From Leucoraja erinacea (taxonomy: Eukaryota): a stretch of DNA of 64,000 bases. The DNA lies in assembly GCF_028641065.1 (NCBI RefSeq), contig NC_073404.1, forward strand, positions 13,888,001-13,952,000, written 5' to 3'. The notes under the pieces are model-generated. The model did no database searches, was not told the origin of the DNA, and worked only from the letters and a program-made list of their open reading frames with translations. Position 1 is the stretch's first letter. The number at the start of each line of letters is the position of its first letter. The position numbers and the translations under genes are program-made. Of the stretch, positions 49,681-63,200 are shown one piece after another.

Positions 49681-52600
49681 GTAGTGAGCAGGCGAGCGAA
49701 GATAGATGTCGGGTAAATCAAATGTATGGTAGCGTGTTGATGCACAAGGGTGTATAAAGTCTGTTAAATAAGCGGTTGGAGGTGCGTAGAAGGAAGGGTC
49801 AAACGCCGGGATGGGTGGTAGGATGAGAAGAATAAACGTCGTGGCGGATGATTATTACAGCTGCAACAGCTGGGGACTGAGAAGTTACTGCTATAGATCC
49901 AAGAGGCTTGGTGCTACCGTGCTAGGAAACATCTCAACGAAATCCAATCACCTGGGAATGGCAGGTGATTATGGATTGCTGAGGGACACACTGTTGCCTG
50001 AAACATTAACTCTTAATAGAATGGGGCCATCTCGCATCCCATTAAGTTGAAACTAGCAATATTATCCTGGTAATTTGTAAGGAAGGCATGCCGATTTTTA
50101 AAATATATGATCAACGTATAAATGTTGAGATGTGCTGATCCATCATGATTATAAAGTATATTGTACAGTATATGTTCCTGGATTTATCTTTTTAGAGCGG
50201 AAAAACGGTTCTGGCAAATTTTCTTTCTGATGCAACAGAAGCAATTGGTGGCGACTACAGCCCTACTCAGGGAGTCAGGTACATGGAGCATCTAGCAGTT
50301 TATTTAAAACCAAACTTGCCTCAAAACGTACTTTGTAATACATAAAATGATGATGACAGAGAGAAAACATTATACATTTATCTTATATTCTTATTCATGA
50401 ATCACCGAACCTTGTGTGCCGTGTGGTTTCTAGCATTTGCTAATCATAGCACATAGTGGCTGCAGGATAAGCAGAAGAAAGTTCACTAAATACCTTTCCC
50501 ATTCCTGGTTGCCGTCCAGTTGTTGTATCTGGATGTGTTCAGATAGCTGCTGTATAATGCAGATCTCACTATGATACCATCCTGAATCGCCACACTACAA
50601 TCTCCTATTGTCCGTGCATTAAATCTATTTACTGTCATGGGGTGAAATTATTTCTCAAAATATGTTAATGTCTGATAATACAATTTGTATGGTAAATTAG
50701 AAACAGCTGCCAACAGAACAAATATATCAGATTGGTGCAGTTCTATTGGTAAAGAAATCACGCTGAAGACTGAAGAAGGGTCTTGACCGGAAACGTCACC
50801 CATCCCTTCTCTCCAGAGATGCTGCCTGTCCAACCGAGTTACTCCAGCATTTTGAGTCTACCTTCGATTTAAACCAGCATCTGCTGTTCTTTCCTACACA
50901 AAGTGCTGGGGTAACTGAGCAGGTGAGGTAGCATGATACAGATGCATGCCATTTTGGGTCTAGACCCTTCTTCAGCCTGATTGCGGTGGGTGGGGGAAAG
51001 CTGGAAAAGAGGAGGAGAATTTCTTCAAAGTGTGCAAATAACATGCTGTTAAGTTAATGTAGTATTTGGTCCAGTTAACAATCACTGAGTATTCTGTTTT
51101 TCAGGTAATATCCTTTTATTCTTTCTCTCTCTCACTCCACATTTGTAGCTGTACCTCTGTTTCAATTTGTTTCCATTTAGCTTTTCTGTCTCCGACTGCC
51201 TAACTATTTAGTAATTGTTCTATTAATAACTTTGATCTCATGGTAATGTGCAGAAATGAACCTATGTTTTGTTTTATTGGTTATTTGCGACTTCCCTGCT
51301 CTATGCTCTCTATGGCACAGGGTCCTTTGTGCATTTTAATCACTTTCTCAACCAACCCAAGCACTTTCAGTAAACCATAGTCCTAGATCCCTCTGCCTTC
51401 CACTTCTTTTGGAATTACGCCCTCCAATTTTATTGCTTATTCCCCACATGTCACACTTCTCATTTCTCAGTATTAAATTTCACATCAGCCCATCCAACCA
51501 GTCTTTGCCTATATTTTCACATGTCTTCAATAGATCCTACTTGCGATTACTAGGACTCAGATTTATGTCAGTGATTTGGATTTTAGGTTTAAATAAATTA
51601 TGTATAAGTTATGTATATTAATGCTAATGAAATAATCATTTTGTATACTAGAATACTGGAATTCGAATGTCCAAATGTGAATGCTGGTGGTAAAAATGTT
51701 GGATGCGAAGTGGAACTCTGGGATTGCTCTGGTGATCAGAAGTAAGAAAACAGTAAAATTAATCATCTATCATATCACCCCTTTAGCCTCCGACATTCCT
51801 CTGAAAACAATCCGAGTTTGTCCAACAACTGCTTATAGCGAATACTTTCTAATCTAGTTAATATCCTAGTGAACCTTATTTGCACCCTCTTCAAAGCCTC
51901 CATATTGTTCATGTAATGGAACAACTAAAACTCCACACAATACCCCAAGTGTGGCATAACAAAAGATTAATATGGCTGGAACATGATCTTACCTTCATAC
52001 TTAACACACTGACCAATGAAGGTAAGTGTGCCATACCCCTTCTTTACCGTTGTACATTTGTTGCCGCTTTCAGAGAGCTATAAACCTGAACCCCAAAATC
52101 TTTTTGTACATCGTTGCGCCCCAGGGCCTTGTCATTTACTGAATATGTCCCTCTTTCATTTGATCTCTCAAAATGCAGCACCTTACAATTATGTATAGTC
52201 TGTGTTACATGTGTATATGGAGTGTGTGATGTCGCAGCCACTCTTCCAATACCTGAAGGGGCTGCTCCTTGCCTTCTGGCTGAACTTCACACCTATCATC
52301 GTCATCTTTGGACACCCTGTGCATAAGGGAGAGGGTAGGGCAGAAGATGTCCTGGATAGGTTGCTCCTGAGCCTCACCAAGCTGGCCATCCGTGAGTCAC
52401 GGCGCCAGGTGGAAGAGGGCTTTACCCGAGCCAGTTGCCTGTCCCTTTTCCGGAGTTACATTCACACCCGGGTGGTACTTGTGAGGGAATACGCACTGTG
52501 CACGGGCGCCCTGGGGGTTTCCAGGACCGTTGGGTTCCGCATGGGGTGGAAGTCATCCTCAATAAGGATTGTAATATAGTTGTACAGTAATTTATTTAGT

Positions 52601-55483
52601 ATATTTGTTTGTCTTGTATTATGGTGGTGGGTTTTGTTTTGATTAATTTCATACTAAATATTATTGTAAATAATTGATTTAAATAATTTTTGGTTAAAAA
52701 AAATGTTTTGGTGGCACTGGATCGTGAAAAAAGCAATTGGCCTCGTCTAGCACGATGCAGTCAGTTCATTCTATCGCTACTTTGTGCAACTGCTGCAGGG
52801 TGTCTGCAAATGGATTCTGCATGATTGCATCAACAGATCTGTTTGGACAATGTTCTGTTTAAAACTTTAATGGCATGGAAACTGTTCTTCATTTCTTCTG
52901 TAAACAAGATATTTAGTTAACCATGATATTCTGAAACATTCAACTCGAGGCCTGTTATGGATATTATTGAATATTAAGTGGTCATCTGTATGTATTTGGT
53001 CTTTTTTTTTAGTTCTTGTAAGTATTAAGTTTCACGTTTTGTTCTTTTCATATTTGAAGGTTTGAGACTTGCTGGCCTGCCTTAATGAAAGATTCCAATG
53101 GAGTTATCATTGTGTTTAACGTGGAAGTACCCAGCCACCTGAAAGAGATTGAGACATTCTATTCCTACTTTGTTCAGCAGCAACGGTTACATGACTCTCA
53201 ATGTCTTCTAATTGCTCACCACAAACCAAGTTCAGCAACTGGGAGAGGTCGGCCAGGCCTGGGTAAGTGAGGGAATTGTGTGGCTCCAGCTACAGAGGAT
53301 GGCTCCTGGTGCAGTCCAATCCATTATCTAGGAGTCAAATATTTTCCCACCTAATAAATTATATTTAACAGTATAAATCGGTAAATACCTATCATGGAAC
53401 TCCACACAAATGGTATCCAGGATGAAACCGAGGGCAAGATAGAATCCAGGTTTATATAGCTGTGTGGCAGGAGTACAAACTGATGTACCACTGTGAAGCA
53501 CTTTGGCTTCAGCAACAAACATGAGAATTGTTTTAGCTGTCTATTATTCCTCTGTGGTACTTTTGTTAGATTGCTAACTACATTGTAAGTCACATGATGT
53601 AGACTTTTGGATTAATTACAACAATCACTTTCTTGGCATGATTAAAAGGATGATTGTTCCTCCCAAAAGTGATTATAATCACAATTTTGGAAGAAAAGGA
53701 ATGCCATGGGCATTCAATTGGGACCTTCGGGCAGATAGCAATCTCTGATTACTAATTGGGCCAAGATCTGTACCTTGCATATGCAAACACTGTTGCCAAA
53801 TATGCAATATTTGTTGGTGAGCCTGAGGGTGGCTGGCAAAACGAGCCCTGGAGGTGTGCACTTGGGAAAAGTGGGGATACAAGAGAGACGTTGCTGCAGT
53901 TACTGATGTCACGGCCTTCCTGCGCTCTCTGGGTCCGGCGACACGGTCCCGTCTGCTGGTTTCAAAGTCGATACAGACACTTTTGGTCAAAGCACACCAG
54001 CCTGTTCTGTCCTGAGCACATTATGTACATTTTGATTACTTCTACGATTGGTCCAATCATAGCAATTCTGTTTTGCAGTAACTGATAACTATTTGTTGGT
54101 GGAGGGTAAATAGTGATGTGGATGCTAGTGATGAATGGCTGCCAGAATTAATGGATCCCTAGGATTTGGCACATCATCATTGAAAAAAGTGAGCAATTGT
54201 GACACTTTCAGACGACTTGGAAGTATTCATCAACAGCGTGAGCTACATTTCATTGATATGCTACCGCAAGGTTTCGAATCAGCAGTTCTGATGCATTCAT
54301 TTTCTGGCAATTTATTCTCTGTTCTTGCATCATACACCCAAGCAGACTAACCAGCCATTTCCTCAGACAAGGAATTTCCGTTGCACGCCAAAACATGGGT
54401 TATCACATTCTGTAGGCAATTTAGTAGGAGAATGTGAACCTGGGGAAAGCTTGGGGATGGTGCACATTGGAGTAGAGGAGGTGCTTTAATTCTTAAAATG
54501 TTTGAAGATAGATAAATCTGCAGTGCCTAATCGGGTAAATCCAAGAAGACTCTGGGAAGCTCGATAAGAAATTATATATGTGCATCATCATTAGCCAAGG
54601 GCGAGGTCTCAGGAGACTGGAGTGTGGCTAATGTACTTTTATTTAAGAAGGGCAACAAAGAAAAACCCAGAACCTATACACCACTAATCCTCACATCTGT
54701 GATAAATCAATTTCTGGAGGGATTTCTGAGCGATAAAATGTACTTGCATTTCAAAAGGCAAACGTTGAATATGGATAGTCAGCATGGCTTTGTTTGTGGA
54801 AGATTATGCCATATGAATCAGGTTGAGTTTTTTGCAGTAACCAAGGAGGTCATGATTCTCCCTGTTGGATTGCAACCTTGTCGTGGTCGGGGAGCTTGTG
54901 TGTCCCTAGAGCTATGCCAGCGGGAGATTAGTCTCCTGTTAGGGTCTCCCATGCTGGACAGGTCAAAGGGTAGAGAGGCGAGATGAAGAGCGATCCACTG
55001 GTCCTCCAGGTTGGAGGTTGAGCACAACCCTATCTCGTAAAACAAATATGTTACAGAAACAGCAACTGAAGGAATCAACAAGGAGTGGAGGACCTTTGTT
55101 GCTGCCCTACATGCCAGGAGGCATAATAGGCGGTAAGTAAGTAAGCAAGGAGGCCATGTAAAAGCATTAGAACCACATTGCCACACAATTTCTTTAAAGA
55201 ATGAATGATTAAGCATTAGTGTTATTAATGGTCAGGAAAATGCCTAGGTGAGTGGGGCTTGCTGAATACTCCATTTATTTGTAAAAGGGATTTGGTTTCT
55301 GCTCTTAACAAGTTTTACTTTTTTTCTACATTAGCGCAGCAATTAAACAAGCTGAGTTTGATCCATTCAAACCTGGAAGAGGATCCAGAACAAGTCCGCA
55401 CAGCTTTCCGTCAGTATTTGGGGACAGTTGTCAGTACTTTGTCTGAAAGCAGAGACAAAGAGGAGATGTCAATCATCACTTGA
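49579..55483 (+). CDS. IFT22: Intraflagellar transport protein 22 (RABL5), 5 exons, 187 aa
   Basis: Exons 49579-49617 (MFNAKLLLVGPSE), 50196-50278 (SGKTVLANFLSDATE..YSPTQGV), 51652-51741 (ILEFE..ELWDCSGDQ), 53060-53262 (FETCWPALMKDSNGVIIVFN..), 55335-55483 (..ESRDKEEMSIIT*); total 564 nt. P-loop GPSESGKT and WDC motif of RABL5. Confidence 0.95.
50765..50985. mobile_element. Tail-to-tail pair of Penelope-derived short elements
   Basis: Plus motif at 50770-50797; inverse degenerate motif ~50947-50975. Confidence 0.7.
52195..52703 (+). mobile_element. Tx1/L1-clade LINE 3' end
   Basis: LFQYLKGLLLAFWLNFTP..LLLSLTKLAIRESRR resembles a Tx1-like ORF2 C-terminus; T-rich UTR and A-tail at 52696-52703. 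Confidence 0.65.
54855..55145 (+). mobile_element. Second, more deleted copy of the RTE-derived element
   Basis: Matches the inverse of 14291-14921; (TAAG)n tail; TSD caaggagg(t/c)catg at 54842-54854 and 55146-55158; inserted at the end of a CR1 fragment (~54490-54850). Confidence 0.85.
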
Positions 55484-58403
55484 GAAATCTGCTGAGGGAT
55501 TTTCAATCAAGATCCAAAATGTCACCCATTGGCATATATCCAACTCTTCACAATTTTGCTTCATCACTGCTTTTGCATAATATATGTGAATGATCTGATG
55601 GGGGAATGTAATGCATTCCTTCGTTTTTTTTAAATTAGGATTCCAGCATCTGCAGTCTCTTGGATCACTTGATTATCAGATTTCAGGCCAATCTGCATGC
55701 ACTCTGATCCTGTTGGCTGCAGCTGTTCTGAAAGTCAAAGAAAATTGGGTCCCAAATATTTTCATTCACCTGGATATCAAATAAGAGAAACAATGTTTTT
55801 TTAATATATACTTATTCTGTTTATGTGTTAGTTAACTTCAAGGCCAAGGTTCAAAGTGAGGAGATAGTGAACAGATTCATGTTACATGTGATTGCCCAAA
55901 CTTCTGTGATTGAGGCAAGATGCTCATTTATTACAATATAATCACTTTTCCAAGTTTTTCAAAAAAAGTGTCAATTTTTTTGAATTAGTATTATTCTTTG
56001 AAGATCTCTTATAATTGGCAGAAACCAGCCAAACCATTGGACTACCAATACAAACTCTTAACTTGTCTGTGACAGAGTGGAATGAATAATCAAAAGTCCA
56101 TGTGTATCAGTCTGAAATGTCTATTAAAATACACTTTGTAAATATTATCCCTATTCCACTTTGTTGCAACTAAAAGCTTGCTTGAAGCAGTAATAATGTC
56201 TAAAACTTCTATTTCTAGTTCTATGCGTTTTAAAGACCAAGATGAATTTCTTTTAAGTGGGGCTGTGTTAACCTTAATCCCTCTTCTCAAACGAACTGTT
56301 CTTCGTGCCTTCCAAAATACAGCTCAGTTCCATTTTGTCCATCAATATCGCCATTTCTTTCATCCTTTCTTGCCTTATCTGTCTAAACATCAGAAATGGA
56401 TAGGCAGAGTTCCCTCCAACTAAATATTTTAAAATTGCATGTAAAGTTTTACCAACATGGTATCAGTTTGGTCTACCAGCTGCACAACCGCCTATAAGGC
56501 CAACACCAACACTGCCTACTTCTAAGTTTAGATACAGGATTGAACATGGTTCTCTGATGCTGTAAAGCAGCAACTCCACTGCTGTGCCACCTTATTTTTT
56601 TATTCTGTGAAGTTGCCAGACATAATCATGCCTAGATTGAGATCTTCATTCATACTTTAACTTAACCATAACGTTTTGCTGATTATTTTTTCTCATGGAC
56701 AGGAATAATGTAGTTCAAGCTCAGGGAGAATTTATAGCTTTGGTCCATCCTGTCCCCCTGCTGATTGAAAAGCACCTGGTCTGTGGTCCAAGAAAATATC
56801 CAGGTACTTTTAAAATGTGATGAAAATTTCTCACTGTCATCCAATGTGTCCTCCATCAGCCACCGGGTTTTCAAAAATGTCTCAGCTGTCAACTACCCAA
56901 ATCTATGCTCATGGTTGCTGACCCCTGCAGATGGAAAATAAATAAGACTCACCTAGAGCTTTCATAATTTGTTATACCTTGATAGTCTTCACTCAAGCAT
57001 CCATTTTACAAAATACATTTCTAATTTACGTAATCTTCCCACATGGTTACAATTGTTCAATACTGGCAAAGGTATGAAAACTAGCTATCCTAATTTGGAA
57101 ACAAACGCTGTCTCTAATAGCACTTTGAGAGTACCTCTATCAGGGTTGTAGTGGTATACTTTCTCAAGGGAGATTAGGGATGGGCAGTAAATGCAGGTCA
57201 TGTAAGATACATTATAAACTATTAAGTTTAAAAATCCCTTTGAAGTTCTATCTTCGCCTATAATCACTTACTTTATCCGAATAGCCTAGGCAAGCAATGG
57301 CAGTGCATTTTGTAGCTGATATACTGTAGCCATTGTACTTTAGTGGTGCAATAATTTGTACCTTCCAACACATGCCCAAATGTTGCCCAGATCATACTAC
57401 ATATAGGCACTGCCTGCATCACTTTCCATCTGAGGTGTTACAAGTGCAATTAGACATTAGGAAAGGACATTGAACAACCAGCATATTGGTCCAAGGAACT
57501 ATAGTACCTCTCCAAGGTTATGGCAGTCTTCCTTTTTGCAAAGCATTACTCCATCCATTGGGAATTTCTACTACAAAATACCCTTCTACTCATACCGTTT
57601 ACACCATTCTCAGAAATAAAATCCTGATTTGCTTCCTACCATTCATTCTTTTTGGGCTAACCACATATTGTTTGAAATAAAAAACTATCCCTGAATACAA
57701 CTTATGAATTCTTACTCTTTCCGCCTCCTGTGCTGACTTTTATCCCAGTCAAAATAAATGTTCACTATTATATTACTTGCACATGGTTTTACACATTAAA
57801 AATGCCATGCAAATTCTGTATTCAAACTGCATGGAGATCAATAATACAACAGGACCAATGCTCATTTTTTGTCTTCTCACATTTTATTTCTTCTCACAAC
57901 TGTGATTGTTTCTTTAACCAACAGTAGTACCCACTTCCCTTTCTTAATCATCTAGATCCTGAAATTGTTTATAACTATGAACATAAAGTTGCCATTCTCT
58001 TTATAGCCAATACGAATGCATATTCCTGAGAACATGTCCTGAATTTGGCTTTATTTGAGATATATTTAAAATGGAATTAAGGCTATGACCGCGGCAAACT
58101 CCACTTTAAAATGACTTTAACCACATACAACAAGTGTTAATGAGTTTTGACTATATAGACCGATTAACATTTAATTTCCTGAAGAACTCAAACTACCGCT
58201 CAGCATTGAGAATCTCATACACTAGTCATCCTCATGCCCTTTGAATAACAGCAAATAAAATGTCGAAGTCTAAAGCAAGTTTTGTGTTCTGCACCGAGGA
58301 TAAGAGCAAGAATTGCTGTGCATTTTGCAGTTAGGACATTCACAGCCCTCCATTCTAGAGTGTAACATGATCCAAAGAGGAAAAAAAAATTCCACTGCAC
58401 TTC

Positions 58404-59099
58404 CTACTCATGACCTAATTTCATTTTGTGCTGCTTCCAATTGCTTTCTTCACCTTTTGTTCGTGCACCCAGAGCTTGCTTCTGCTCTATTTCATCCTTG
58501 TATTTTTCTTCAATTTTTGCAAGCACAGCTGGAATTTCTTGGGCCAACTCTGTAACAAAGGTCAGGCTCTCAGGAATGCTGCTAACTGCATTATTCTTCC
58601 ATGTATTGTCTAAACTGTTCAACCAGTGAACCCTCTGTTCTAATTTAATCTCAGTCATTTTTTGCTCTTCTAACTCATTCAGAAGGGCATGCTTAGCCAT
58701 CATTTCACATTTGTAGCTCTGTTGAAGCTGAGCAATTTCCATCTGCATCTCCTGGTACTGTTTCTCTGTGTACACGTGCTGTTCCTGAACGCTGTCTTCA
58801 GGAAGCAGAATATTTTCAGGAATATAAAATATATGCTGCAGAATTCCTTGTTCAACCCTTTCGAAGATCAAGTCCAAACGTTCTTTCATCAACTGGAGAA
58901 AGCTCTCTGTACAGGCACGGAGCTGAGATGGTGTGACCCTGTTGTCTGGTAGCTCCTTCAGTTTCTTATGGATTACTCGTTCAACAACAAGCATCACGTC
59001 AAGCAGAGAATCCTGAATTCCACTGTGAACTCGAAGAACGCAGGTCTGTGGAGAAAACCCAAAGAACTGGGTTTCGTACATCATCAACCCGTCTGCCAT
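58404..59099 (-). CDS. MIS12: Kinetochore protein MIS12, single coding exon, 231 aa
   Basis: MADGLMMYETQFFGFSPQTC.. and IPENILLPED are MIS12 signatures, followed by a coiled coil. A splice acceptor (tttcccag, exon begins 59107) lies just upstream of the ATG, so the track ORF start at 59192 is intronic. Non-coding exon 1 donor at 59682; head-to-head with DERL2 as in mammals. Confidence 0.93.
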   Translation of the reverse strand: MADGLMMYETQFFGFSPQTCVLRVHSGIQDSLLDVMLVVERVIHKKLKELPDNRVTPSQLRACTESFLQLMKERLDLIFERVEQGILQHIFYIPENILLPEDSVQEQHVYTEKQYQEMQMEIAQLQQSYKCEMMAKHALLNELEEQKMTEIKLEQRVHWLNSLDNTWKNNAVSSIPESLTFVTELAQEIPAVLAKIEEKYKDEIEQKQALGARTKGEESNWKQHKMKLGHE

Positions 59100-59649
59100 T
59101 TCAAACTCTGGGAAATAAATAATAGTAAAGAAAAGTAAATCAAAAACAGTGAATAACAATGTAAAGATTGTACTCAACATTATACTTTCCATAAATCAGA
59201 AAAACACCCAAAATGACAATAAAACAAAAGAGCTGCCAACATGCAAATGCTACGTTGCTATGGTCTCTGGCACAAACGACCCATCCTCACCTTATCCTTG
59301 AAACCCTCTTCATTCTTGATGCTGACTTACTTCTACCTCTGCCTTTACCCCTCTCCATCCTCCATGCCAACTTTTCCGTCCCCCTGCCGCGAACCTCTCC
59401 AATCTCCGCGCCGACTTCTCCTTCTGCCCTAATCCTTCCCTATCCACCATGCCAAATTTCTTCTCTCTCTGCCTTCACTCCTCTCTCCACGCCCATATCC
59501 TTCTCCTCCGGCCCCTACCCCTTTCTCCATCCGCCTTTCTTCTCTCTCCATCCGCCTTTCTTCTCCCTCTTACTCTTCTCTCCGCGCCCACGTCCTTCTT
59601 CTTCCTTCCTTACCCCTCACTTCACAGCAATGATACTCTAGTAGATATT

Positions 59650-60260
59650 CTTCTCAGCGCCTCCGATCCTGAATCCACTCACCCGCCGAAACCAACCACC
59701 GCCGCACATGCGCAAAGGGTTCGGTGCCCGGAAGTACCGAGGGCTCCCCCCTGTGACGCCATTGGCACTGGCCGGAAGCACGAAGATGGCGTACCAGAGC
59801 CTTCAGCAGGAGTACCTGCAGATCCCGCTTGTCACCCGGGCTTACACCACCGCCTGCGTGCTCACCACCGCCGCCGTGGTAGGGTCTGCAAGGGCGCAGC
59901 ACGCAGTGGCTTTGGGCGCCCGCTCTGCTTTCATGGGGCGGGGAGACAACGCCGGCGTGAGCTCGGGGACGATCCGGTGGCCCGAGCAGGAAGGAGGGGT
60001 AGTGGGAGCAGGTATCCGAGAGGGCTCCGGCGTTGCAAGGCTGGGCAGGTCCGGAGCCTTGGCGACAGATGTGGGTGGCTTGGTGCACTGGCATCCGGCT
60101 GGGGCGGAGAGCTTACGTGTTTGTCAGTCGCGCCGGGCTCCAGGATGTGACTCTCGCCAACGCGGCTCGAAACTCGGGAGTGTGGCGTGTGTTGGTGGGA
60201 GAGAGGATTTGGAAGTGGCGTTGTTTTGGTTTCCTCAGACACGCGTGGGAATGTACATCT
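59650..60260. promoter_or_regulatory. CpG-island bidirectional promoter, MIS12 / DERL2
   Basis: MIS12 non-coding exon donor at 59682 (minus) is only ~100 nt from the DERL2 ATG at 59786. NRF1-like GCACATGCGC ~59704, CCGGAAGT ~59728, ATTGG 59761, YY1 AAGATGGCG over the ATG. Confidence 0.75.
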
Positions 60261-63200
60261 TATCCCGCGTGGGAACTCGAACACCGTTCCGTGTCCAGGT
60301 TGTGCAGGACGTGTCATCGGTTGGAGCAGCTCAAGTTTCGCAATGGACAGCACTATGGAGGACCAGAATCATTAATACTTTCTTTTTCGCCAGATACTAC
60401 CGTGTGCAGTATCTTCTGTCCTCGTTTCAGATTTCCAACATCTACTATGTTTTTGTTTCCATGTATTGTGATGCAAATTGCAGAGTCTGGCCATCATCTT
60501 TCAATCTGGATTTTCCCATTGTTTTGAAAAGAATGAACGGCTGAAAGGATTTATATGGCTATTAATTTGAACTTAGTGGTTGGCAGTTATTGGAATTCAT
60601 TACGGTATACTACAATACAAAGGCAAAAATCAATCGGGAAGCAAATCGTCAAATAAACTTGACTTTGATTTAATGGTCACGTTATAGAACATAACAGCAC
60701 AAGATATACACCACCATATTTACACTGAACATAATGACAATATAAACTATTTCTATCTGCCTGCATGTGGTCCAGATCCTTCCATTTCCCACCTCTTTGG
60801 GTTCTTCTAAATGCCTGTTAACCATTGTATCTGCTTATACATCCTCTCCTGGCAGCATATCAACCACTGTGTAAAACAGAACTTGCCACACTCATCTTCT
60901 TTAAACTTTTCCCCTCTTATCTTAAAGCAAACCCTCTAGTATTTGACAGTCCACCTTCAGAAAATATGCTGACTATCTGCCTTATCATAAGTGCCTCTCA
61001 TAATTTTATAATCTTTCCCCTCAGCATCTAATGCTCCAGAGAATACAATCCCAAGTTTGTCCAAACTCTCCTTGTAGCTAATATACACCAATCCAGAAAA
61101 CATCTCAGTGAACCTTTTATGCACCCCCTCCAAAGCTTCCACATCCTTCTCCAGTGTTGTGACTGGAACTGCACACATTACTCCAAATATGTCCTAAAGA
61201 AAGCTTTATACAGTTTATATGTGATTTCCTAACATTTGTATCTGATAAAGCTAAGCGTGTCATCACCTTCTTTATCACCCGATCCACTTGTGTTATCATT
61301 TTTAGGGAGCTATGGACTTGCACCTGAAGTCCTTCTGTACATCAATTCTCCTAGGATCATGCCATTCACTGTATACCTTTCAATTTTCCAACATCTCACA
61401 ATTGTCTGAATTAAACTCTGCCAATTCATTGCCATATTTCAAACTGATCTATATCCTGCTGTATCTGCCATTTTCCCTCACTATCCATAACCCTCCCAAT
61501 TTATGTGTTGACTACAAATTTACTAATCTAGTCTGATTAAAATTGTGCAGAAGAATCTTGGAGTCCAAGTCCATAGCTCTGTAAAAGTAGCAACACAAGA
61601 TGATAGAAGGTATATGATATGTTTGCCTTCATCAGTTGAATACAAGAGTGAAGAAATCATGATGTAACTTTATAAAACTTTTGTTCGGCTATATTATAGA
61701 GTATTGTGTTCAGTTCTGGTCACTTCATTACAGGAAGAATGTGGAAACTTTGGGGAGGGTGCAGAAGAGGTTTATGTGAATGATCCCAGGATGATTGGGT
61801 TAAAGTATGAGAAGTGTCTGAAAGCTCTGGGTCTTTACTCGCTGGAGTTTAGAAGGATGAACGGGGATCTCATTGAAACCTACCAATTAATGAAAGGCCT
61901 AGATAGAGTAGATGTGGAGAAGATATTTCCAGTAGTGGAATATTCTAGAATTGGCTGGCATGGCCTCTGGCAAAATGAATGTACCTCTGGAATAGAGATG
62001 AGGAGGAATTTATTTTGCCAGAAGTGGTGAATCTGTGGAATTCATTGCCACAGACAGCAGTGGACACAAACTCATTGGGTATTTTTAAAACAGAGATTGA
62101 TAGGTTCTTGATTAGTAAGAGCATCAAAGGGTACTGGTAGAATGCAGGAGAATGTGGTTGAGAGGGGAAAAATAGATCAGCCATGATTGAATGGTGGAGC
62201 AGACTCAAAGGGACGAATGGCTTAATTCTGTTCCAAATACTTATGGGTATTATGGTCTGAATTATTTGCTGAGTGGGTATGCATTGGGACTGTGGCTGCA
62301 ATTCTAAAGTGATCCATTGTTTTGAGTACTTTAGGTTGATTTATGCTTGATTAGAAAATACCAACATTTTTTTGTTGATGACAATTGTGTCTTTCATTCC
62401 TTTCAGCAATTAGAAATAATCACACCATTCCAGTTGTACTTCAATCCCGAGTTAATATTTAAGCACTATCAAGTAAGTGTTGTGTTTCTCTCTCTAATGT
62501 ATTAAGAAACAATGCATGCACAAATTTTTGTATTGTGTGCACGAATCTAGAGGCCGCACAAGTAATACTGCAAGAATAATACCCTGCTCCTGATTAAGTG
62601 TTCTCTTCTGCTCTTTAAAAAAAACTCCAGTGCCCAACTTTCATCATAACCTTTTATGGTTACCCCCACACAGTAAATCACCACCTGTCACAACCTATGT
62701 CTATCAATAATTGCCTCTGACTGGCTTATTACGGAGGAGGCACATTTATCTTTGCCAAGTGTCCATCCAGTCTGAAAATAAGAATAGAGAATTCTAAGAG
62801 TTCAGGATCCCTGAGAAAGAAAATCCTGCATGTCTCTGTCTAAAATAGACAACTCCTGATACTGAAAGTTTATCCCCTATGAACACATCCACTATGTTTC
62901 ATATTTACGTATGAAATTTAATCACACTATATTTGATGGTTCCCATATCTACCCAATATGTACATACTTGAAGAAATGGAGCTGATTTGTCATTTTCCCT
63001 TTATAAAACTTGTTCGATTGTATTATGATTTATTCTTATGTTAACTTGTATTTTCTTTCTTGTAGGTTTGGCGATTAATTACAAATTTCCTGTTTTTTGG
63101 TACAGTGGGATTTAATTTTTTGTTTAATATGATCTTTTTGTATCCTTTTAATGTTGTTGGGATAGACATTTGTTGGGATTAGACATTTGAAAAACAAACT

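Noticed and set aside
59100-59192. Hydrophobic 31-aa N-terminal extension of the MIS12 ORF
   Set aside because: It mostly translates the T-rich intron end; an acceptor at 59108-59109 precedes the conserved start.
59449-60544. 233-aa and 278-aa ORFs over the DERL2 start
   Set aside because: Only 59786-59878 is DERL2 exon 1; the rest is read-through of CpG island and intron.
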